A stretch of DNA of 64,000 nt. Source: a virus. The notes beneath the pieces are model-generated. The model did not search any database. It was not told where the DNA came from and saw nothing but the letters and a program-made list of their open reading frames with translations. Shown here in pieces: positions 53,501 to 60,372 of this stretch; within the stretch, counting starts at the first letter, position 1, and each line of letters starts with the position of its first letter. The DNA is taken from the IMG/VR virus record IMGVR_UViG_3300045988_168552. One strand, written 5' to 3'. The translations under genes were made by a program, and so were the position numbers.

Positions 53501-56429
53501 GAATGGTTATGTTAATCCTAATGGACAAACTGGTTGGCATCATTATATTAATCTGTCTTATACTGACAGTAATAATACGGCAACTTCTCCTAATATGTGG
53601 CAAACTCAGTTTGCTATAAAAGCTGGCTCTACTGAAGTTTATGTCCGTTCTAGAGCTGGAGGCAAGATAAGTAATGATGCAGCTTGGGCTGCTCCTTGGG
53701 TAAGACTTGCTAGAGTTACTGACAATGTAGCATCTGCATCAAAAGTTGCTAATGCTCTTTCTTGGAGCGGTTACAGTAGTGGTTCTTATAATGGTTCTGC
53801 TGCAAAGTCTATTAGTATTCCAAACAATACTAATCAGCTTACTAATGGAGCAGGGTTCATTACAGCTTCTGCTTCAATTACTGGTAATGCTGGAAGTGCT
53901 ACTAAATTACAGAATGCTAGAACTATAAACGGAACATCGTTTAATGGTACTGCCAACATAGTAACTTCTTATTGGGGAACAACAAGAAAGCTTTGGGGCA
54001 ATAGCGTGAATGGTAATGCTGATGTAAATGGCAGTATAACTATTGCTAATACTGATGGTGTTTATGTGCAAATTGGTGATGTCAGATTAGTTTATGATAA
54101 AGCTAATACTGCCATTAAAGTAGTTAAGTCTGATGGTACAACCGCAGCTAACTTCTATGCTACTGGTGGCATTACCGCCTATGGTGAAGGTAGTGGTTCG
54201 TCAGGTGGTGGTGGGTTGAATGGTAGTGTGAAGAGCTATGCAGATGCCTTGAAACTTACTAGCGAATCCCTGTCTGAGATAGCTTCTGCCTACTCTATCA
54301 AGGCTCTTGATAGTCGTATCTCCAGCTTGGAAGGTGGTAGTGCTACTACCATCTCTGTCAGTGGCAGCGGTAATGCGGTTACGTCTATCACCAAGAATGG
54401 TACTACTATCAGTGTTGTCAAAGGCAGCACGTTCCTCACCAGCCACCAAAGTCTTGATGGTTATGTAAATAATATTACCACAAGTGGCACTGGTAATGCT
54501 ATTACAAGTGTTACAAAGAGCGGTAAAACTGTTACATTTACTAAAGGTGCAACGTTCCTGACTAGTCATCAAAGTCTTAGTGCTTATTTGAAGTCTGCGG
54601 ATGCAGCTAATACTTACCTTAAACTTAGCGGTGGTGCTATGACTGGTAATATTAGCTATAAAGGGTCTAAGAATACCTATGACATGATAAGGTTTGTGGA
54701 CAACAATGTCGATATTTATGGCAATGGTATATGTATCGGTGGTGGCGGACTTACTATTATTGGTGGAGGAGAATCAGCAAGTGAGGTGCTAAAACAACAC
54801 ACAAATGGTGGAGATGAAAATATGATTGTAGCTAATGATGCTGCAATAGACTTCTTCTCTAATATGAATAGTGGATGGGATTCACGCAAAGCTGGTTCTT
54901 TTGATACATCTGGATATTGGAACGGAGTTGGATTTAAGAAGAATAATTCTAATGATAATTATGTTCTTACTGGAGGTGGTGGTCATAAAGCAATATCTAC
55001 TCTATCTGTTAGTTATGCAAGTAGTGCTGGAAGTGCTAATTCTGTTGCTTGGAGCAATGTGAGCGGAAGACCTACGAAAGTAAGTCAGTTTACAAATGAT
55101 AGTAATTATGCTACTCAATCTTGGGTTACTGGAAAAGGATATTTAACTTCTCATCAAGATATTAGTGGAAAAGTAAATAGAACTGGTGATTATCTAGATA
55201 CTGATAGTGATAGATGGTGGATTTCAAACTCTGAGTTTGGCATAAATTTACATAATTCTGATATTGTTGGTGTAAATAGTATATATACTTCTGATGTTTC
55301 AAATGGACCAGAAGAAAGTATATCCTTTAAGAGAAGTAATGGTAATTATGATACTCTAAGAATGGCTGATGGAGTAATATGGTTTGGTACTGATTATGCA
55401 CTCAATAAGACAATTAATGAATATCAAATATTACATACTAATAATATAAGGATAACTGGAAAGAGTAACGGTTTTATTGATATGTCAGCAGGTGGTGTTA
55501 TAAAACAAGCATATATTTATGCTATAGGTAGCATAGATGGATATGAGAGTTATCCTGATGGTAGAACTACATCTATTAATGATTATGATAAAGGTTTAAA
55601 TAGATTATTCTTAACTCATTCTACAAGCTCTCTTCCTGCGTCACAACGTCCATTAGGAAAAGATGGTCACATTTTACACTTTGGCTGGGATAATTCTTCT
55701 GGTTGGGATGCTCAATTAGCCATATCAGCTAATGGTGATAACCCTTATATCGCAATTCGAGCACAATATAGTGGAACTTGGAGAAATTGGTATGGTGCTG
55801 CGTTACTTAAATGTACTAATTATATTAGTGGTAATGGTGGATTAATTGTAGAACGAACTGATAAAAATTTAGATACTTATATAGGAGTTAGTAATGGAAC
55901 TTATGATATAAGATTAATGATTGGTTCTGGAAATGTAAATAGAGGTATTTATGATGTTGTACGTGATAATTGGATGCTATATCGTGATAGCTCTACGAAC
56001 ATATATATGAATGGAAGCGTTCTAGCTACTGGCGGCATTACTGCCTACTCATCCTCAGACATCCGCTTGAAGCAGGATTTGCGCAAGCTGGACTACTTCG
56101 GTATCATCAAGGCAATGGGTGGCACGTTCGGCTTTGCTTGGAAGAAGGACAATACAAGGTCTATCGGCTGGATTGCCCAGCACGTCTTGTGCAACCCTCA
56201 CTTAAAGGACATCGTGGAGACGGACGAGAAGGGCTACTACAAGATTAACTACTGGTCTCCGAAACTGATTGCAACGGCATTCGGTGCTATCGAGCAGGTG
56301 GGCGATGAGGTCGGCAGGTTGAAGGATCGGGTGGTCTTCCTCGAATCCGAGGTTCAGCGATTGAGCGGAAAGCAGGACGGCAATAACAAGAAGAGATTAG
56401 ATAACAAGAATATTAATTTATTAAATTAG
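47538..56429 (+). CDS. giant modular tail fibre with C-terminal S74-type intramolecular chaperone domain
   Basis: 2963 aa with several internal repeat families. The C-terminal 'TGGITAYSSSDIRLKQDL' matches the S-D-x-R-x-K autoproteolysis motif and is followed by a ~120-aa domain ending in a coiled coil. Confidence 0.85.
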   Translation: MATEAKNTNYWISSSALYIQLNAMGEPDYIQCSVVSGASILCYMQGIPGLEYDAGHNYQRWPLAAYPSVFPDSERKYIYAAIPRTSTADNNTAVVVYPSERIDLYGYSIANPDKLVGDERFYYIYLQGIISEVKTDADGKTRKRNWLQHVDCGKLNTDESLSSGIDGSWWKYNSVTDSISFLKTILSATFDTQTAKVAKITKLFLGGSELNGVADDLSLETDNTKVVTPLYLGQFGVKHFLAKDKDDVAHGTITFEKVQKFLAGLNVGDFNSENGGSWTPDIEGRSHLITDYLEVRMKAIFEELVIKKTSTIGGKEILSPAGGVVAHKVEEVTVTYNNLSQKAYRCYFLAEQEDDAVDNDFAIGDQVRSESFNVRKGTYHKVGNHFYWRLVIGRDEEPVELEGKKYHYIDLSDTDCATASDVPAKGDVLSQCGNRTDVERQNCLIFSAVDTYSPSVSLYHGINSYSFANKEYVEYGVNKQTNKAFFNVYGDMYVGDRPTKENGYEGSSYIKYDSAAKQVSVKGKISAKSTVDGKELSQYIKENSAGGLTEEQVNNLIKNSQVIADLQNQVDGAIETWFYDGVPTLKNAPASSWTTDKDKDTHLGDLYYDNKTGKAYRFAKDGNTYKWTIITDTDIAKALSDASKAQETADGKMKVFSAQPIPPYQLGDIWVNATYPTDGSIYKNEILRCQTAKAKGSSFAIADWTKASKYTDDSALNTFKEEYKNDMASYKEQLDEKVETWFYNYAPTTQNKPASDWTTDTLKSQHAGDLFYNTSNGYTYRWTGTAWARIKDNDINTAMTAASKAQDTADGKRTVFTSQPTVPYDEGDLWASGGDDGKTLMVCVKSRVTGSFTSSEWVKANDSDLNAFAKTIEESLNGIRDQLDKKAETWYQATDPSTSWTTDDAKKEHKGDLWYNTSNNQTFFWNGTKWDKQDVPTEVFDKIDGKSSIYVSKPASYEERDLWILEAAYTLGGVAYSKGELVVATKTNASFSAADWTKKVKYTDDTVANAAKKAAEKAQKAAEKAQGDISKLGTTVTDNKKAFDNYVTDGYLEPSEIAAMAQDSKRLEDAFAAAEKSYTEVKGAEVLANTKELTDLKTAFATLTTAKTELVTYLSDISARYNKADTNGKATIVSAVGTKFTNFQGAYSAFYDKLGLANAYITRKIYGDLGVVIGDVTSLAYLKKALMDTPDTEINGGLILTSLIGLRDTGGNTTAGINGITEKSAKGGGIAAWFGGEMVDKDYNDGSKTPANTIFRFDGSGYVAGGAIWWGTDGRVHADPTSFIISEKNLGAYLTFFEPTWKSGSAGTSVADLVSLKPNAPFSKLGVSGDATFEGAITFHGISITYDATNKAIKIDGNLYATGGITAYGAGTSTSGGGGLNGSVKSYADALKLTSESLSEVASAYSIKALSRRIDNIATELGGLSLSWDNITGKPSTFAPSAHTHKWAEITDRITKVSQLTNDSGYTKNTGTVTSVSLTLPAGLTCATKTITTSGTFAISLASGYSIPTTTKQSSWDSAVSVKHSHSNKSVLDGISSAKVTHWDSAYDWYALMTTDEETADGIINKWNEVVSFLANIAQTDTLSGIVDGINKSISDEVTRAKKAEGVNASGISANKTSITTLQGYFTNGSAKKALQLTNARKLWGNSFNGTADINGSIILPSGKYISIGNIKLEYDAANKALKITNTTTEEVANLYTSGGVSAYGVGTSSSSGGGLNGSVKAYADAIRLTTENLSEIASAYSVAKLYSEIQNVASAVPSISVFVPTGGNALTGATYDASTGVITFAKGTFLTAHQSLDGYVNAIAVSGSGNAVTAVTKSGKTITFTKGATYLTSHQSLSNYYTKSSVDSLLNGKSATTHTHSVKINGITKTIAASGGDAVDLGTYLTTHQSLAAYATQNWVKNEATAHNADMVDNYHASGLFTGFSISDVANKVTISIGGTSKALNLVRAFPSGVGHNFNDIATHGNSMGMSNIAAPYASSTDNYQTLNGYVNPNGQTGWHHYINLSYTDSNNTATSPNMWQTQFAIKAGSTEVYVRSRAGGKISNDAAWAAPWVRLARVTDNVASASKVANALSWSGYSSGSYNGSAAKSISIPNNTNQLTNGAGFITASASITGNAGSATKLQNARTINGTSFNGTANIVTSYWGTTRKLWGNSVNGNADVNGSITIANTDGVYVQIGDVRLVYDKANTAIKVVKSDGTTAANFYATGGITAYGEGSGSSGGGGLNGSVKSYADALKLTSESLSEIASAYSIKALDSRISSLEGGSATTISVSGSGNAVTSITKNGTTISVVKGSTFLTSHQSLDGYVNNITTSGTGNAITSVTKSGKTVTFTKGATFLTSHQSLSAYLKSADAANTYLKLSGGAMTGNISYKGSKNTYDMIRFVDNNVDIYGNGICIGGGGLTIIGGGESASEVLKQHTNGGDENMIVANDAAIDFFSNMNSGWDSRKAGSFDTSGYWNGVGFKKNNSNDNYVLTGGGGHKAISTLSVSYASSAGSANSVAWSNVSGRPTKVSQFTNDSNYATQSWVTGKGYLTSHQDISGKVNRTGDYLDTDSDRWWISNSEFGINLHNSDIVGVNSIYTSDVSNGPEESISFKRSNGNYDTLRMADGVIWFGTDYALNKTINEYQILHTNNIRITGKSNGFIDMSAGGVIKQAYIYAIGSIDGYESYPDGRTTSINDYDKGLNRLFLTHSTSSLPASQRPLGKDGHILHFGWDNSSGWDAQLAISANGDNPYIAIRAQYSGTWRNWYGAALLKCTNYISGNGGLIVERTDKNLDTYIGVSNGTYDIRLMIGSGNVNRGIYDVVRDNWMLYRDSSTNIYMNGSVLATGGITAYSSSDIRLKQDLRKLDYFGIIKAMGGTFGFAWKKDNTRSIGWIAQHVLCNPHLKDIVETDEKGYYKINYWSPKLIATAFGAIEQVGDEVGRLKDRVVFLESEVQRLSGKQDGNNKKRLDNKNINLLN
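49258..50400 (+). repeat. three ~150-165-aa tandem protein repeats in the fibre
   Basis: Units begin 'ETWFYDGVP..WTTD..HLGDLYYD', 'ETWFYNYAP..WTTD..HAGDLFYN' and 'ETWYQATDP..WTTD..HKGDLWYN'. Each contains 'KAQ(E/D)TADGK'. Confidence 0.75.
51612..51766 (+). repeat. fibre junction repeat, copy 1 (GGITAYGAG..GGGLNGSVKSYADALKLTSESLSEVASAYSIKAL)
   Basis: A near-identical protein segment with a DNA match to 54152-54308. A more divergent copy lies at 52619-52775. Confidence 0.8.
54152..54308 (+). repeat. fibre junction repeat, copy 3
   Basis: See 51612..51766. Differences are mostly synonymous and of all base types. Confidence 0.8.
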
Positions 56430-56437
56430 TTAAGAAA

Positions 56438-56743
56438 ATGGAGAATTTAAAGATTAACAAGAAGAGTGAACAGACAACCGCCACTTATACCAAGGGCGGC
56501 TATCGAGTAGAAATTACCTACAATGTTGACAAGACTGGCGGCAACATCGACAGCATCAATATGAGTATCTACACAGATACCAATGGTAACTATCTCGGCA
56601 ACGCGAACGCAAGCTCCAACGGCAGCGAGCTGACCTACAACATCAGCGGCATCCCTCAGAGCAAGCTCAGTGAGGTGTCAGCATTGATAAGTGAGGTTGA
56701 TACCGCTATCGCTGCCAACATGGCTAGCGAGACAGCAGAGTAA
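56438..56743 (+). CDS. hypothetical protein (101 aa)
   Basis: Starts 8 nt after the fibre stop. Confidence 0.55.
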   Translation: MENLKINKKSEQTTATYTKGGYRVEITYNVDKTGGNIDSINMSIYTDTNGNYLGNANASSNGSELTYNISGIPQSKLSEVSALISEVDTAIAANMASETAE

Positions 56744-56819
56744 GTATCGTGAGTATTAACGCAGGGTGGCTCTTATAGAGCTGCCTTGCCTAGTGTTTTA
56801 AGTTTTAAAGATTAAGCGT

Positions 56820-57881
56820 ATGGCATTAGCAAACGGAAAAATAACAGCTCCAGTCAGCGTTGATGACGTGAAATCTGTACTCGGAGAGTCCAGTAACGAC
56901 CTTGCTGCGCTCTGCAAGTCATCGAAGATAAATGTCTGGGCGAAGTACAAGCCTACCGTATTTCCATCACCCTTTCCTGCCGATTGGTACAAGGCGAAGG
57001 ATGGCAACTACGGCATCAATATCACGATAGAAAACGGCAAGAGCAACTGGAAAGACCTTGTAGCGGAATATTCAAAGGCTAATAATGGATATACCACCTT
57101 ATATAACAAGCCGACTGGCGGTGCGTCTGCGCCATTCCGCTTGGGTGATTTCAGAGGCTACTTTCATAATGCCAATCCCGAGGTGAAGGACTATCTATCC
57201 GCCAACGTGTTCATCCGTGAGAGTGATACCAATCAGATACTCACTCTGTTCAATCCCGTATCAGCAGATGGCTTACAGATAAGCTATTTCGATTTCGCCG
57301 CATTCAAGGATAAGTACTTCGGCTACATCATCACCGACAAGAGCAAGTCCACCCTCATGTTCATCACCACCGCATCCAGTGTGGGAACATTCACAGTGCC
57401 GCTGCCCAAGAATGCCCTTCAGGTAGGCGATTACCTTGCCTTCCCGATGTTCTGCTCATTCAACTATTCCAGCGTCCACACCCTTCACCAGATGACTTGC
57501 TACGCCATCCCAAATCTGGCAGGAGGCAAGCAGCTCTCCATCATCAGCCAGTCACAAGCTGTTGCAAGCAACTTCGCACAGATTACGGCAAGAGAGCAGC
57601 TTGGCAGAATTATCGTGACGCTGAAGTTGAAGGACAATGCCAGTCAGGTAAACAACGTAACCGTATATTGCGTATATCAGACCGACCCGTCAGCTGGTCA
57701 ATCTATGGTGACAGGAGAATACTACAATACCATAGGAACGATGAAGGCAGGCGAAACGAAAACGGCAACATTCAGAAATCTTACCAGCGGCAAGTCATAT
57801 AAGATATACGTGATAGCCAACGGTGTATGGGTTACAAAGGGTCTTATCCCATTTAGTAGTGGTATTATGCCTGATATGTAG
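56820..57881 (+). CDS. receptor-binding/tail-accessory-like protein, paralog 1
   Basis: Its N-terminal 45 aa, 'MALANGKITAPVSVDDVKSVLGESSNDLAALCKSSKINVWAKYKP', are shared with the next gene. The C-termini are divergent. Confidence 0.6.
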   Translation: MALANGKITAPVSVDDVKSVLGESSNDLAALCKSSKINVWAKYKPTVFPSPFPADWYKAKDGNYGINITIENGKSNWKDLVAEYSKANNGYTTLYNKPTGGASAPFRLGDFRGYFHNANPEVKDYLSANVFIRESDTNQILTLFNPVSADGLQISYFDFAAFKDKYFGYIITDKSKSTLMFITTASSVGTFTVPLPKNALQVGDYLAFPMFCSFNYSSVHTLHQMTCYAIPNLAGGKQLSIISQSQAVASNFAQITAREQLGRIIVTLKLKDNASQVNNVTVYCVYQTDPSAGQSMVTGEYYNTIGTMKAGETKTATFRNLTSGKSYKIYVIANGVWVTKGLIPFSSGIMPDM

Positions 57882-57921
57882 TAGATATAAAAAAAAGTAT
57901 AACGATAAAAAAAAAAGAAAT

Positions 57922-59237
57922 ATGAGTGTAAATAACGGAAAAATCACCCCCCCATATCCATCGATGATGTTAAGTCGGTGCTGGGAGAACCGAGTAATGA
58001 TATTGCCACATTGTGCAAGTCCGCCAATATCAATAAATGGGCAAAATACAAGCCAATGAGCATAGCCAAGCCGTTTAATATTACAGAACGAGACAGAGCC
58101 AACTGCCGTTATGGTCTGGATTTCACCACCAATTCATTACTTACCAATGAGTTTCGGAGAGGTTCATCTTTTAGCCTGAGTACATATTCCTTGACAAATG
58201 TACTGGATGCTGCCAGTGAATGGACATATTCCAGACCTAGAGGAGGTAGCAGTTCGCCCTATCGTTTAGGCGATTTCGTTAACAATGAAACATTAACAGA
58301 TGGGTATAGTGCAAAGACCTCTGCCCCTTTAGGAGGATTCTACAATGGTGTAATCGGATTGGATAGCTACAAGACTAGAACCATCAGCACGTCACCAGGT
58401 AAGACAGATTCCTCTGCCCTCAATGTAAGCCTTGAAGGTACAAGTCTCTTATATACCAGCTTCAAGTGTAGATGGGCTGGCTCAGATTTATATAGCCAGT
58501 CGTGGCAAGCACTCGGAATGGTAGGTTCAGATGTAATACCTATTAATAATATCCTCGATATTAATAATGGATATTATCGTTTTGGACTTGTTGTAAGGGG
58601 AGTAAGTAATTGGTATCTCTGTGTATCCAGTTCCACATTCAAAGAGGTAAATGCCAATACAGAAAGGCAGACTTCAGCACCGAGATGGATATGCCCGAAT
58701 CTGATGAGCAATACAAGACTTATTGATGAAGTTTTAGAGCACATGAATAGCCACGAAGAGTATTATGCTACAGCAGTACCTTGTATAGTCAAGAATGCTA
58801 TTATATCTGTAAGTGGCTTGATTTGTACCACTAAGCTTCAGAGTGATGGAGAGATATATTGCGTGCCGGAGGGTAAGGTGTTTTTTGCGTTGCAAATCAA
58901 GAAGACGGCAGCTTACACCGTTCACTTCACTGTAGCAGTCTATGTAACCAAACAAATGATAAACGTGGGAAATGGAGAAAGCTGGAACAATTATCCTGTA
59001 GAGGGATTTGATATTGTTTTTGATGGAAATGGAGTTCTTACTCAAGATTATACCATAGAAGCTTTCATCTCCTTTACATATCAGTCGGGCGTGAAGGAAA
59101 GAAAACAGGTAAGTAATTATAAAGTTACTGGTTCTATGAAGAAAGGTAGTGCCGCAGGAACGAGAGTACATTCAGACAATCCACCTAGCTACCCAGCAGT
59201 AGGTAGTATTGTTGTTCAAAGAATAACATGGAAATAA
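57922..59237 (+). CDS. receptor-binding/tail-accessory-like protein, paralog 2, interrupted by a frameshift at a C7 tract
   Basis: ATG 57922 gives 'MSVNNGKITPP'. The -1 frame continues 'ISIDDVKSVLGEPSNDIATLCKSANINKWAKYKP', matching paralog 1. C7 lies at 57947-57953. Confidence 0.6.
57947..57953 (+). repeat. homopolymeric C7 tract at the frame junction
   Basis: Counted directly. Eight C's, or a -1 ribosomal slip, would restore the frame. Confidence 0.9.
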
Positions 59238-59302
59238 AATATAAGTAATTTAAGTATTATAATAATTCCTCTTATATCCTTGCATATACAGAATATTTTT
59301 CG

Positions 59303-59310
59303 TATCTTTG
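59303..59310 (+). promoter_or_regulatory. -7 box TAtcTTTG (16-mer TTTTTCGTATCTTTGC shared with 60165-60180)
   Basis: 49 nt upstream of 59360. Confidence 0.5.
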
Positions 59311-59359
59311 CGGAGTATTAAGAATTTTATTTTAAGTTTAACATAAAGAGCAGAACAAA

Positions 59360-59830
59360 ATGAAGAAGATTAAGACAATCGAGGCTGTTGCAGCCTACAA
59401 GACATTGAAGGCATTGAAGACATCATCAATGAGCGATGATGCATCCTTGCGAGTTTGGAAGAATATGAAGGCGCTTCGCCACGTAGCCGATACCTACGAC
59501 AAGGATGTGGAGGAAGCGCAGGAGAGCTTGAAGGACGATAAGTTCGAGGAGATGCAGCGCAAGCTCCAGGAGTGCCAGCAGCTTGAACAGAAGCACGCCG
59601 ATGAGGGCTACGAATACACCAAGGACGATTCCGCCAAGTTTGCGGAGGTTAATGAGTACTTCTTCAATCAGAAGCAGAAGACAGAGAAGTATTTCTCAGA
59701 CCTTGCCAATGCCGAGGTAGAGGTGTCCATCGAGGAGGTTGACGAGAAGGAATTGTTCAAGGCAGCTAAGGATTGCGGCTTGAAGTTCGCCGATATGGAG
59801 ACCCTGGAAGCCGTAATGGCAGAAGCCTAG
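59360..59830 (+). CDS. acidic hypothetical protein (156 aa), stand-alone transcription unit
   Basis: ORF track. It has its own -7 box and terminator and is D/E-rich. Confidence 0.6.
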   Translation: MKKIKTIEAVAAYKTLKALKTSSMSDDASLRVWKNMKALRHVADTYDKDVEEAQESLKDDKFEEMQRKLQECQQLEQKHADEGYEYTKDDSAKFAEVNEYFFNQKQKTEKYFSDLANAEVEVSIEEVDEKELFKAAKDCGLKFADMETLEAVMAEA

Positions 59831-59858
59831 CCCCCGTCCCCAGCGATTCCATCGCTGG
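59831..59858 (+). repeat. CCAGCGA hairpin element, copy
   Basis: 'CCCCCGTCCCCAGCGATTCCATCGCTGG', immediately after the stop codon. Confidence 0.85.
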
Positions 59859-59869
59859 TCCCCTATCAC

Positions 59870-59917
59870 AAAAAAAGCCCTGCTATCCTCTCGGACGGCA
59901 GGGCTTCGCTGTTTTTT
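59870..59917. terminator. bidirectional terminator; inverted copy of the 24199 element
   Basis: AAAAAAA-GCCCTGC...GCAGGGC-TTCGCTGTTTTTT. Its reverse complement matches 24199-24232 at about 33 of 36 positions. Confidence 0.65.
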
Positions 59918-60068
59918 AACACACTTTAAGATTATAGCCCATCGGAGGGCTATGGCGCTGCAAAGGTACGAAGAAAATCCGAATAACTATGAAAATTTCC
60001 GAGAAAAACAAGAAATTATCTGTAAATTTTCGGCTCATCTCGAAGAATGATCTGTATTTTTCCGGTGG

Positions 60069-60143
60069 AAATCATACAGATAATAGCATTATTTGATAAA
60101 AATCATACAGATAATGGAAGTATACCTTAGAAATCATACAGAT
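60069..60143 (+). repeat. three direct repeats AAATCATACAGAT(AAT) at exact 31-bp spacing
   Basis: Repeat starts at 60069, 60100 and 60131. Confidence 0.85.
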
Positions 60144-60172
60144 GTTGTCCGATGTTTCACGCAGCTTTTTCG

Positions 60173-60180
60173 TATCTTTG
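60173..60180 (+). promoter_or_regulatory. orphan -7 box TAtcTTTG downstream of the 31-bp-spaced repeats
   Basis: Matches TAnnTTTG, but no convincing ORF follows. Confidence 0.3.
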
Positions 60181-60372
60181 CTTTTGGAAAATTAGATGTG
60201 ATATTACAGGTATCTTATACGATGTATCTAAAATAAGAAAAAAGGCAGAATGCTGTTTTTTCATTTTTTTCATTCGATCTGAATTAAAAAGGGCTAGGGC
60301 ACTAGTGATAGTCCCCTCGCCCGCTCAATTTTCGGCCTTGCTGATATATCTCCTACTTATTCTTCCGCCTTA

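Noticed and set aside
51612-54308. Near-identical ~155-bp fibre segments as a possible DGR template/variable repeat pair
   Set aside because: No reverse transcriptase is present in the window. The differences between copies are of all base types and mostly synonymous, not adenine-specific.
21760-59858. Hairpin repeats as a CRISPR array
   Set aside because: The copies are kilobases apart at gene boundaries, with no regular repeat-spacer periodicity and no cas genes.
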